Source: Leucoraja erinacea (taxonomy: Eukaryota). From it: a DNA stretch of 64,000 bases. The notes under the pieces are model-generated. The model ran no database searches. It saw only the letters and a program-made list of their open reading frames with translations, and was not told where the DNA came from. Below, piece after piece: positions 13,245-25,493 of the stretch. Position 1 is the stretch's first letter, and each line of letters opens with the position of its first letter. Both the position numbers and the translations under genes were made by a program. The stretch spans positions 62,001 through 126,000 of the forward strand of contig NW_026576285.1 of the NCBI RefSeq assembly GCF_028641065.1, given 5' to 3'.

Positions 13245-14670
13245 AGATCCTTGGATGGAGTCAAGGGAGGAGGTAAAGCGACAAGTGTAGCATTTTCTGT
13301 GGCTGCAAGGGAGAATACCCGGGGAGGGGGGTGGTTTGGGTGGGAAGGGACGAGTTGACCAGGGAGTTACAGCGGGAGCGGTCTCTGCAGAAAGACAAAA
13401 ACGGTGGAGATGGGAAGATGTGGCCAGTGATGGGATCCCGTTGGAGGTGGCGAAAATGTCGGAGGATTATTTGTTGTATGTGACGGCTGGTAGAGGGGAA
13501 GGTGAGGACAAGGGGGACTCATCACGAATGGGGGGATGGGGAGTGAGAGCCGAGCAACGGGATATAGAAGAGACCCTGGTGAGAGCCTCAACTATAGTCG
13601 AAGAGGGGAAGCCCCGTTTCCTAACCTTCCCCTCCCCTGGCACTTTCCCATGCAACCGCAGGAAATGGTACACTTGTCGCTTTACCTCCCCCCTTGACTA
13701 CATCCAAAGACCTAAGCAGTCTTTCCAAGTGAGGCAGAGGTTCACCTGCCCCTCGTCCAACCTCATCTATTGCATCCTCTGCCCTAGATGTCAACTGCTC
13801 TAAATCAGTGAGACCAAGCGCAGGTTTGGCGATCGCTTCACTCAACACCTCCGCTCAGTCCGCTTTAACCAACCTGATCTCCCGGTGGCTCAGCACTTCA
13901 ACTCCCCCTCCCATTCTGAATCCGACCTTTCTGTCCTGGGTCTCCTCCATGGCCAAAGTGAGTCGCTCTGCAAATTGGAGGAGCAGCATATCATTTTTCA
14001 CTTGGGTAGTTTACACCCCAGCGGTATGAACATTGACTTCTCCATTTTCAGGTAGTCCTTGCCAAAGATCCTATAGCGAGCAAGATAGTCCACTCGACGA
14101 AAAAGACGTAGTAGGGTCATGGGCAGATTCATGGGGAATTTAAGGCCCCATTTCCGTAACCGGCTTCCGTCACTGCACCAAATAGTGCGGACACGGAAGC
14201 CGGTTACGGAAACATCCTTGTAAAAATAAAAGTTATTTGGTAAAAATCTTCTCCTCATTTTCAGAATTTAAATTTATTAACACAAACTGTTCCCCCACAA
14301 CGTTGATTACACTGCAAGTCGGGTCGGGTCCGGTTACAGAAATGGATGAAAAAAGGCCCACCCACATTCCGTTCCATTGCGTACTACACGTCAGCACTTA
14401 ACAGGAGTGGTCCATCTTGCTCCGCTATGGGATCTTTGGTCCTTGCTTTCTCCCTCCTTCCCCTCCCCTCCCCAGCTCTCCCACAGCCCATTGTCTCCAC
14501 CTCGTCCTTCCTTCTTCCCGCCCCCCACCCCCACATCAGTCTGAAGAAGGGTCTCGACCCAAAACGTCACCTATTCCTTTGCTGCATAAAGGCTGCCTCA
14601 CCCACATAGTTTCTCCAGCATTTTTGTCTACCTTCGATTTTTGCAGCATCTGCAGTTCTTTCTTAAACAT
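13245..14670 (+). mobile_element. Penelope-like element: GIY-YIG endonuclease region and 3' pseudo-LTR, with an inverted 5' segment
   Basis: GTFPCNRRKWYTC..FTCPSSNLIYCILCPRCQLL*ISETKRRFGDRFTQH is GIY-YIG-like; 13245-13620 is in the opposite orientation. Confidence 0.85.
14063..14438. mobile_element. hAT-type MITE (376 bp)
   Basis: Imperfect ~33-bp TIRs (CAAAGATCCTATAGCG.. / ..CGCTATGGGATCTTTG); 8-bp TSD GTCCTTGC at 14055-14062 and 14439-14446. Confidence 0.9.
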
Positions 14671-15057
14671 GTACTTGTTTTTGTACTTTTCCTGAGTACT
14701 GTGGTAATATGGAGTGTGCTTTAAAATCAAATGTGAGGTAAGAATGGTTTAATTGTCATATGTATCAACAATGGAACAACAACATTCTTACTTGCTGCAG
14801 CTTCACCTGCATGTAACTGCAATAACACAGAGATAATATAAAACAACCAATAAAACAATACATTAATAACTGGACTATCATAATAGAGCAAAACATAAAA
14901 TTCATAGTAGATTCAAAGACAGTCCATAGATGATCATAGATGCTGAAGTTAGTTTTGTGTGGTGTTGAAGAGCCTGATGATTGCTGAGAGGAGGCTGTTC
15001 TTGAATCCGGCTGTCACTGTTTTCAGGCTGCTGTATCTTTCCCTATATCTATACTTA

Positions 15058-15357
15058 GGGGCGGCAGGGTGGCGCAGCAGTAGAGTTGCTGCCTTACAGC
15101 ACCAGACACCCGGATTCGACCCTGACATGGGTGCAGTCTGTACTGAGTTTGTATGTTGGGTGAATGCATTGTTTTTTTCCTGGTGCTCCAGTTTCCTCCC
15201 ACACTCCAAGGACGTACAGGTTTGTAGGTTAATTGGCCTGTAAATTGTCCCTAGTGTGTGTAGGATAGTGCCAATGTAAAGGGGTCATTGGTCTTCGCAA
15301 ACTTGGTAGGCCGAAAGGCCTGTTTCCTCGCTGTATCGCTAAACTAAACTAAACTAA
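15058..15357 (+). mobile_element. tRNA-derived SINE (HE1-like)
   Basis: A-box TGGCGCAGCAGTAG, B-box GGATTCGACCC, conserved core, CR1-like 3' end and (TAAAC)n tail. Confidence 0.85.
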
Positions 15358-15739
15358 TTCTGCCCTTAGAATGTGTGCTTGGACAATGCAGACGCAGCTT
15401 TACTTTCAATTTTCTTTTAAAAAAGCTGTACATTGAGGCAGCTGCAGAATTGCTGCTCCTCTGCTCCAGCAACTTACATTCAATCCTGATCTCGGGTACA
15501 GAGTGTATCATTTTCATGTTCTCCCTATGACATGTGGAGCTCCACCAAATGCTCCGGTTTCCTCCTATGTCCCAAAGACATGAGAGTTGGTTGGTTAATT
15601 GAATGCTATAAATTGCCCAGTGTGTGAATGGGTGACAGATGTTGTCATTGTTTAGTTTAGTTTAGAGATACAGCGAGGAAACCCTACAGCCCACCGTGTC
15701 TGCATCGACCAGTGATCCCCGCATATTAACACTACTCTA

Positions 15740-16345
15740 CACACACTTGGCCAAATGGATTCTTGGGGTGGCAGCTCAGTCCCTCAAGCCTGATGTGCTG
15801 GCAGCTCACTCATGGCTGGTGGGCTGGCAGCTGACTCACGGCTATTCCTTGAAATTCCATTTCAAGCAGAGTGCAAGGTCACCAAATTCAAGTACAGTTT
15901 CATACCTCTTTGAGCAGGGTGCAATGCCACCAAATTCAAGTGCAGTTTCATACCATTTCATGCTGGAGCAAGGACACCACATTCAAATGCAGTTTCATAC
16001 CATTTCGTGCAAGGCTACCAAATTCAAATGCAGTTTCATACTATTTCAAGCAGGATGAAACCACCATAAAAACCACCATAAAAACCACCATAAAACCACA
16101 CAAAACACCATACTCACAGTTCAGTAGACATTCAGTGTGTTCAGTTGATTCACAGCTCAGACAGAGTCGTGACCTCTCCCTCCCCCATCATGCCGAGCTG
16201 AGCCACACCCACACTTCTGGGTTTTATAATCCCTCCCCCTACCACTGGAAAAGGTGTGGCCTTCATGGCGTGATTGACAGGCGAGAGATTCCCAACACTA
16301 CTAACACTTTTATTTTTCATTGATGGGAAGAATCCTCTTAGGCTG
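15740..16345 (-). mobile_element. Helitron-like element fragment with internal ~40-bp minisatellite
   Basis: 16110-16345 resembles 20070-20310 and the element at 52043; CACCAAATTCAAGTGCAGTTTCATACC repeats. Confidence 0.5.
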
Positions 16346-16364
16346 AGCATCAAAAATGTGTCTA

Positions 16365-17985
16365 GAAATCAGTTTTCGTGACCCAAGTCACCAAACTACA
16401 TGAAATTTTCCACAGATCTAGATGAAATATAATTGAGAAGGAAGTCATAATTCGTCATTGCCGAAAGTTGCACAATAATTAATTAAACTAATTAGAAAAT
16501 GAGATCGGGAAAGTAAGCGCCATCTAGTGGCCAATATCCGTATTACACAATGGGCAGCCTACTTCCGTGTTGCAGTCCATTTCCAGCGGACCCCAACTTC
16601 ATGAATAAATGAATAATTGAATGAGTGAATGCATGATGAATGATTGAATGAATGAGTGAGTGAGTGAGTGAATGAATGGAAGGGATGTACAGCCTCCACA
16701 TCTTATTTGTTCACATTATAAAGGGTGCAATTAAATTAATTAAAGTCCATACAGATTAATTTTCATAAATTCAGACTTTAAATCTTACCTTTCAGTGTGA
16801 GTTGATTCACAAAGTTTCACAACTTTTTGTTGGAGCATCTCAGCAGGGACTTTACTTTCAAGGCTTTCTTCCACTTCTATCCACTTAACTACACATTTTT
16901 CTGACTTCTTAATGCTTTTCTCACTAAATTCAATTACCCTGCTGCAAGTTTCCATGACAAAAAACCTTCATTGGAATCTCCATTAAAACAGGCATCACTG
17001 AAGCCCTCTCAGTATGATGTGTGCTAGCCTGAAACAAAGTGCATGATTGGCCAACTGACAGACAACTCAATGTTAAACGTGCTTTGATTGGACTAAAAAT
17101 ACCCGAAACTTTTCCGTTTTTTCTCTAATTTAATGAAAATGTGCAAGTCTTGTTCATGACGAGTTTCAGGGGTGATTTATATGATTTTTATATGACAAAA
17201 TTAGGACATTTTATTATTTGCCAAAATATATTTCTCAATGTTTCTTGTTTAAAGCCTGCACATTCACCCAAACTACTTATTTATTTATTTATTAATCATC
17301 TAATAACAGACAAGCCTGCAGCATGGAATGTTGTCAACAATCCTGATTTTGGCAAATAATAAAATGTCCTAATTTTGTCCAACTAACAGCTGACAATTAT
17401 CCCATTCCTTAGCTTGCATCTGAGTAAAATATATTTCAAAACGCATGGATAGTTTACGATTATTTAAATGGTAAATGTAGCTTCAGAAGTGTTTTCATTT
17501 TGCATGTTAAAACCCACCTGAGAACCATGGGCAATTTTGCAATTTTACTGACGGATTTTTCACTTTTAAAACTTTTCATATAACAAATGAATAAAGATAA
17601 AAAAAGTCAATAATGCCTTACTTTTGATGAAATGCAGCGAGCAAACGCGATAATTCACGATTTTTTGGATCTTTAAATCGCCACGACAAATGTCCGCTGA
17701 CCACTTCCGCTGGTTTTGTACCTTCAGCTCCCTCTTGAATTTACCTTAGTTTCTATCTTTTTTTTGGACTGTAAATTTAGGTAGATGTGCCTCACGGTCA
17801 CCCCAACTGGCACAGTAAATTGCAGCTCAAAAACTGGCCGTTTTCAATGTTTTTAACGGGTGTGAAAGTGCGTGTTTTCCTATTCACTAACATGTACCGG
17901 AAGTACCAAGTGTACTCCACTTTAAATTTTCGGTCACGTGGGTGCGGATCTACGCTCCAGTGACCTTTCGTGAAATCACCCTATA
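16365..17985. mobile_element. Probable non-autonomous DNA transposon, AT-rich
   Basis: Segments recur at 19523-19620. Non-coding; possible terminus GTGAAATCACCCTATA. Superfamily not determined. Confidence 0.4.
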
Positions 17986-18958
17986 GCAAATGGAATGGAA
18001 TGGCAGGGCATAGTTGCCTGGAAATGTAATTATGTTTCAGATAACGCACCATTCTTGTGCTGCTAACTGCTCCTAATGTTCTTTTATGATTCAGGAGACC
18101 CATAAATCCAATCGCCTATCCTGACTTGAATCATTACAATGCAGAACAAAAGCAGGAAACCAAACACTGTCCACAGCTGGTAGAGCTGCTGCCTCACAGT
18201 ACCAGCGACCAGCGTTAGATCATCACCTCTGGTATTATCTGTAGATTTTCTTTAAGAAAGAACTGCAGATGCTGAAAAATCGAATGTAGACACAAATGCT
18301 GGAGAAACTCAGTGGGTGAAGCAGCATCTATGGAGTGAAGGAATAGGCGATGTTTCGGGTAGGGGCCCTCCAAGAAGGGTCTTCTTCGTTCTTTCTGTGA
18401 CCACTGTGTTCTTCCCGGGTACTCTGGTTTTCTCCCACATTCCTCAGATGTGTGGGTTTGTCAGTTAATTCACCTCTATAAATTTTCCCTAGCGTGTGTG
18501 GGGATTGGACAACATTGAACTAGTGTGAAGGGGTGACTGATGGTCAGCATGATGGGCTGAAGGGCCTGTGTCCATGTTGTATCTTTCAACTCTAAATGGA
18601 ATGATGTAAAGAAGTTATATTGGAAGCTAGGTTGGACATTGAAACTGTGCAGCGCATGGTGGTGAATATAGACGGCAATGGTGTCTACGAGTTTATCAAG
18701 GTCCCATCTATCAGATATGGGGAGAACTTGCACAACAGCATTGGTATTTGTTTATAATTGTCACTTTTATTGAGATATAGTGAAAAGCTTTTGTTTGCGT
18801 CATAATCAAATCAGATCAGGAATGACTGAGGGATTGTATTTAATTTTGCTCGGATAGTGCTGAACTAATTCACTTTTTTAACAGAAGTTGCAACTCACAG
18901 CAGTGACCAGAGTAAGCAAGAGACATCAAATACATGAACACAAGAAACGAGAAGCAGG

Positions 18959-19515
18959 AATCGTCCCACAAGTCCCTTTGCAGACCTGGTCCAAACCAAT
19001 GTTTTAGTCCATATTACTCATCCACTGATTGAGGCCACATTATTCTGCTCCCTTCTCCATAAAGTTTAGTTTAGTTTATTATTGTAATGTGTATACAAAT
19101 ACGGTGAAATACTATGTTTTGCATGCCATCCAGTCATAATACACCACACATGAGTGCAATGATAGACAAGTAAGTGCAATGATTGCAGTGGGTCATTGTA
19201 GAGATCACAAGAAGAATGATGTATTTGTTGGCCATGAGAAAAGTCTGTTCTGCAGCTCAATTGGGTCATGACTGATCTACTCCTGACCAGAAGAGTCTGT
19301 AACCAATAACCCACAACTTCCCAAAGAAACAAATCCATCCTTCTCAGTGACATAATGAATCTACACTCTGCAGTTGAAGATTCCCACCATTCGTTATCAT
19401 CTGGGAGAAAATAAAACAATTTTCTCCTCAGTTTGAAACCTTGGCCTCCAAGGTAAAGTTTCCTCCATGAGGGGGAATATCAAGAACAGGAGGAAATAGA
19501 AGAGTGGTAGGCTAT
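18959..19515 (+). repeat. Local duplication, copy 2
   Basis: Matches 1-575 up to GTGGTAGGCTAT. Homology may extend upstream beyond the window start. Confidence 0.9.
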
Positions 19516-19624
19516 CAGGCTATCTTGTTCATGACGAGTTTCAGGGGTGATTTATATGATTTTTTTACACAATATGTGAAAATTTCATGTAGTTCTGTGA
19601 CTCGGGTCACGAAACACTGGAATA

Positions 19625-20416
19625 AAGCTCCTCGGCCCACAGCCTATCTGCACCTGATGAGCAGAGGGGGACTGAGTAAGATGGCCAAAAATCACAGCCT
19701 TAAGTGGTAGCGTTTTATCTAAAATCAATATAGTGCAAACAGGAAGTGGTCAAGTTTAGACAAACAACCATTTGCATGCAGTGCCTTTTCACTTCAACCC
19801 AAACACTGCAAACAACCATTTGCAGGCAGTGCCTTTTCACTTCAACCCAAACACCCCAAACAACCATTTGCATACAATGCCTTTTTACTTCAACCCAAAC
19901 CCCCCCAAACAACCATTTGCTTACAGTGCCTTTTTACTTCAACCCATACCCCCCAAACAACCATTTGCATGCAGTGCCTTTTTACTTCAACTCAAATCCC
20001 CCAAACAACTATTTGCATGCAGTGCCTGCTTACTTCAAACCAACCATATTTTCATTTTCAAACCACATTAAGGGCACTCACAGTTGAGTAGACATGTGTT
20101 CGGTGTTATTCAGAGCTCAGACACGTGACCCTCTGGCTTCCGCCATCTTGCAGAGACTGAGTGAGGCACACCACTTCCGGGTTTTATAGTGCCTCCCCCT
20201 CCCCCTCCCACCAGCAGGTGCAGCAGAGAGAATGGCAAATTTAAAAAAAACATTAATATCTCTCAGATTTTTCATCGATGGAAAAAACCCTCTGATCCAG
20301 GGAGGGGGGCTCTGAGCGAGTTGGCCAAAAATGACGGCCGTAGGTCGCGTCGTTCGCTCGGAAATCACAGCACAGTGAGCCAAAAGCGGTCAAGATCAGA
20401 CTTTTAGTAATATAGA
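19625..20416 (-). mobile_element. Helitron-like element, 5' part, with ~48-bp minisatellite (19761-20045)
   Basis: 5' end TCTATATTACTAAAAGTCTG is identical to the element start at 52043; the repeat unit matches 52285-52345. Confidence 0.7.
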
Positions 20417-20749
20417 ATTTATACACACACACACACATACTCATATGTACACACAAAAAACAAACAATAATGGTGCAACAATAACAATAATGGTCTATGT
20501 AGTTAATAGCCTAAAGGATGTAGGGAAGTAGTTATTCCTGAACCTGACGTTACAGTTTTCAGACTCCTGTACCTTCTACCCCAATGGCAGGGGTGAAATG
20601 AATGTGTGGCCAGGGTGATGTGGGTCTGTGGTGATGCATGCTGCCTTTTTGAGACAGCGGCTGCAGTAAATCCCTTCAATGGTGGGGAGGTCAGAACCCG
20701 TGATGGACTGGGCAGTGTTCACAAATGTTTACAGTCTTCTTCACTCCTA

Positions 20750-22190
20750 TCTTAAAGGAATGAGGGTAACTTGATAAAGAATAAGGCTCCTCAGAAAAAA
20801 ATGCAGTCATCCATGTGAGGAACTGCATGAGATGAGCAAAATCTCAATAAGTATTTCTCCCCTGTTTTTACTGTGGAGAAAGATTTGAAGATGAGGGAGC
20901 TTGCAACAGGAAATGGAGATGTCTTGAGGACAGTCCGTATTATGGCCGAGAAGATGCTGGACATCCAAAGCATATGAAAGTAGATAATTCTCCCAGACCT
21001 GATCATATATATCTGAGGACACTGTGGGGAGCTAGATAAGAAATTGCAACCGCCCTTACTGAGAGATATGAATCATTGTTAGACATGGGTGAGCTGCCGG
21101 ATGACTGGAGGTTGGCAAATGTTGTGCCTCTATTTAAGAAGGACTACAGAGCAAAACCTAGAAACTATAAATCAGTGAGCCTACAATCAATCAATCAGAT
21201 TTATTCATCACATATACAATAAAATGCAGTGAAATGAATTTGCCAGCAGCGGTACAATTAAAAAAGAACACAATACACAATAAAAATTTAACACAAACAT
21301 CCACCACAACATTCTTCACTATGATGGATGGCACACAAGTACAGTCAGTCCTCCTCCATTTTTCCCCCGTGGTAGAGGCCATAACCTCAGCAGTCACCGC
21401 TGCGGGCGGCCAGATGTACAGTCCCTGTTGTCTGTATAAAACTTGACGACTTGAGACCCAAATAGGTGCTTCATTACTGGTGGTAGCGGCTTCAAGGTGC
21501 CGTAGGCCACAGGCCGGCAGTCGGAGCTCTTCGCATCGAGGATCCCGCTCCCGATGGTAAGTTAGTCCGTAATTCCACGCTGCACCCATGGCTAGAAGCT
21601 CCGCAGTCCACGGCTTCAAGATGTTCTCCTCCGGGGGTCCCCAACGGATTCTGGGCTCCCTCCTTGTGGTAGGTAAGTTTCTGGAGAGATAGGTTAAATA
21701 TGCATTTGTAGAGACGGGCTGGTCAGCATGTACGTGGGAGATCATGCCTCACCAATCTGATAATTTTGGAAAAAGTAACCAAGAAGGGTGATGATGATAA
21801 GGTCATAGACATTGTACATATGGTCTTCAGCAAGGCCTTTGATAGGTTTCTGCATGGTAGGCTGTTCTCGATGAATTCATGGCATTCATGGCATTCAGGG
21901 AGAATTAGCTGCCTAAACAATGAATTAGGTTCATGGAAGTAAGCATAGGTTGATAGTGGAAGGTTGCTTTTCACACAGGATGCCTGTGACTAGAGGTGAC
22001 CCTCAATGACCAGTGCTGGGCCCATTGCTGATTGTGGTTGATATAAGCAACTTAGATGAAAATGTGCGGCATGATTAGAAACTTTGCACCTGACATTGAC
22101 GAAGTTGATACCATAAACAGTGAACATAGTTATTCAAAGTTACAGCTGGATCTTGATCAATGAGACAAGTGGACTGAAGAATGGTTAATG
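20750..22190 (+). mobile_element. Old CR1 RT remnant interrupted by a GC-rich retroposon (~21184-21665, minus strand)
   Basis: Decayed DWRLANVVPLFKK and FSKAFDR motifs; the insert has a (TGAT)n tail. Confidence 0.65.
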
Positions 22191-22439
22191 GACCTTCCAG
22201 GCCTGACCTACTGACTGTTGCTGATGCCACCATCGGCCCACAAAGCTTCCAGGCCATGTTTGCTGCCAACCTTTACCTGTACTCTAGCTGCTCGTGGGCC
22301 CATTGACTCCGCCGAGCCTCGCCTCTTCACCGGCCACTAGCCGGCCAAAGACATCAACTCACATGGTTTGTAGGCCCAGTTTCCGGCCATTGGCCTCTAC
22401 GCTGCTGGCCCCGGGGTCATTCCGCCTCCAACTTCCTTC

Positions 22440-22700
22440 TGATACAGAATAGTCAGCCTTCAAAGCCTTATCTTTGTATCCCTACGCCCCCACCTCAACA
22501 AATACAGGGCTCACCATGATGTAGATCTCTTCTTCAGTTGCCCCCGCATCTGAGCCTTTTTCTATGGGAAGAAGTCCTCACCTCCCGGTGAAAACACAGT
22601 CCTCCATATCCAACATCCCCCCTCCTCTTTGACCCCCTGTGCCAGCATTCTACCCTCTCCCGACCTGCTTATTTCAAACTGCCGACATGACATATCTCTA
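22440..22700 (+). mobile_element. Penelope-like ORF N-terminal remnant
   Basis: Decayed ..LIFVSLRPHLNKYRAHHDVDLFF.. resembling the Penelope pre-RT region. Confidence 0.5.
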
Positions 22701-23672
22701 AACTAAACTCTATTATGAACAAATGGTGATTCATTTCTAAGTCATGATGGATCCCAGGTCAGGTTCCCACACATCTGCTGACCTTGTTGTTCTTGTGCTT
22801 GAGATGTTGAGTTTGGAATGTTCTGATGGGCTAGACGACACGTATCTGCAGTATGTTTTGTCGCTGGTTAAAGCTTGTGGTGCCGTGAATAAATGAGGAA
22901 ATGAAATTGAGCATTGTGCAATCAACAGCAGACATACTCACTTTTGACTTTATAATGGAAGGAAGGTCACTGAAGTCCCAGATGTTGATTAGTCAGTACT
23001 CTACATTTTCCAGGCACCTAACATTGAGTTATCTTGATGGGTTATTTGGTATCTGCATAAGGAATGGGAACAGCTTCAAACAATGTACTTGGTTGTCGTT
23101 AATAAATTTAATTAATAGAATCATAGAGTGATAGACTGATACAGTTTGGAAACAGGCCCTTCGGCCCAAGTCGTCCACAATGGCCAACAATGTCCTAGTT
23201 ACACTGGTCCCACTTCCCTGCATTTGGTCCATATCCCTCCAAACCTGTCATATCCATGTACCTATCTAACTGTTTCTTAAATGATAGGATAGTCCCAGCC
23301 TCAACTACCTCCTCTGGCAGTTGTTCCATACACCCACCACCGTTTGTGTGAAAAATTTATCCCTCGGAACCCTATTAAATCTTTTCCCCTTCACCTTGAA
23401 CCTATGACCTCTGGTCCTCGATTCCCCTACTTTGGGCAAAGTACTCTGTGCATTGAATAACAGTTGATTGCGTTACATTTCAATGTGTGTGATCTTTCAG
23501 GATACTTTCCAAGTCAATCCATGTTCACCATAGTCCATCATAGTCACTTTGTGGTACCATTGGCTGGGCAGGTTGTCCCTTCTAGTAATCTTGATAAGGA
23601 ATGTCAGGCCAAGTGTACAATGGCCAATTAATTCATAAAATCTGATTCAAGTCAACATCACCATTATCATTG

Positions 23673-23804
23673 TTCAGACTGAAGAAGGGTTTCGGCCCGA
23701 AACGTTGCCTATTTCCTTCGCTCCATAGATGCTGCTGCACCCGCTGAGTTTCTCCAGCTTTTCTGTGTAACCTTCGATTCTCCAGCATCTGCAGTTCCCT
23801 CTTT
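23673..23804 (+). mobile_element. Penelope-derived short repeat with 16-bp flanking direct repeat
   Basis: ATCACCATTATCATTG at 23657-23672 and 23805-23820; body matches the pseudo-LTR at 14537-14670. Confidence 0.8.
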
Positions 23805-25493
23805 ATCACCATTATCATTGACATGCGATTTACATACAGGCCATGCAGATTTTTTCCCCAATGGATCTCAACCCAAAACATCACCCATTCCTTCTATCCA
23901 GAGATGCTGCCTGTTCCTCTGAGCTACTACTACATTTTGTGTCTATCTTCGGCTTAAACCAGCATCTACAGTTCCTTCGTATACATTAAAAATTCCTTGG
24001 ACATGTTTAGCATGGTTTGAACTCATTGTTTGAAAGCAGAATTCATTAACATTGTCCAGTATGGAGTGTGAGTGTTTCTTGAAGTAAATGCCACAATTTG
24101 TTTGCTTTTCCTTGTGAAAGGCTGTGTTCGGTATTGGGTTTCCTGAATTCAATATCAGACTGACAGACAAAAAGCCTTGTTCTCACCATTAACTGTGGAG
24201 TAGCATGCAGTCTAATTCAGGCTAGGCTGTGATGTCACCCAGTAAATGGAAATAGCTCTCAAACATACCATGTGAAAACTGATCTTCAAAGTTCGGTCGT
24301 GTGAGAAAGGTATTGTAGAGAGTGTGTCTCCTTACAGCTAAAGCTGAAGAAGAGGTCAGTGCATATATCAGGGAAATTGATAAAAACATTTTAAAATAAC
24401 CTACGCCTTTCCAGAGAATCTTGTAACAAAAGGCCTGTTATCAATATATTATGAGAGGTGGCCGTTGATTGAATGGGATTGAATTGAATACTTTATTGTG
24501 ACATGTGACAAGTCACTGTGAAATTATTTGCTTGCACACACAAAGCATGGAAATAGTTGCCCATAAAGGGCGCTTACAAAGTTACAAATTCCCGTCCCCC
24601 ACGCCAGGCCCTCCTTTGTTCCACATGTCTGTTCTTGTCCATCGGTCAGTGCCAGCATCGACCGCCACACCGGCCTCTCCACTAACGCTGCCAGGTCCTC
24701 TCTAGACGCGTTCGTGGCACTGACCCAGGCCCCATCTGCGGGTTCCATCCACCCAGGCAAGAAGTAACTGCGAGTTGTGTGCAAACATTCTTTTGATTCA
24801 GTGTCAGCCGCAGAATATCGCCATTCTCAGTTAGAGAGCCATGGGTCAATATCCCACCAAAGAAACATCAGTGGAATCTAGTGCTATACAGGCGTTTTGC
24901 AGAGTTTGTAATGCAATTTTAGTACCACATGTTAAACCAAAATACTACCAGGCCGGCACAATGGCACAACTGGCAGAGCTGCTCCCTCAGTGCTAGACAA
25001 TATTGTGAACAATTTTGGGCACGATATCTGAGGAAGGATGTGCTGGCTCTAGAGAAGGTCCAGAGGAGGTTTACAACAATGATCCCTGGAATGAGTGGGT
25101 TAACCTATCATGAACATTTGTTAGCACTGGGCCTGTACTCACTGAAGTTTAGAAGAATGAGGGGGGACCTCATTGAAACCTACAGAATAATGAATGGCTT
25201 GGATAGAATGGATGTGGGAGAAACTAAGACTAGAGCCCATAGCCTCAGAATTAAAGGACATGACATTCTTTTAGGAAGATGAGGAGACATTTCTTAAGGC
25301 AGAGGGTGGTAAATCCATGGAATTCTTTGCCACAGAAGGCTGTGGACATTTTGAAGTCAGAGATAGATAGATTCTTGATTTGTAAAAGTGTCCGAGGTTA
25401 TGGGAAGAAGGCAGGAGAATGGGGTGAGGAGGGAGAGTTGGATCAGTTATGATTGAATGATGGAGTGGACCTGATGGGCCGAATGGCCTAATT

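Noticed and set aside
15058-15130. tRNA-like sequence (also ~33620, ~40475, ~46775)
   Set aside because: These are SINE heads with A/B boxes continuing into SINE core and tail; no complete cloverleaf.
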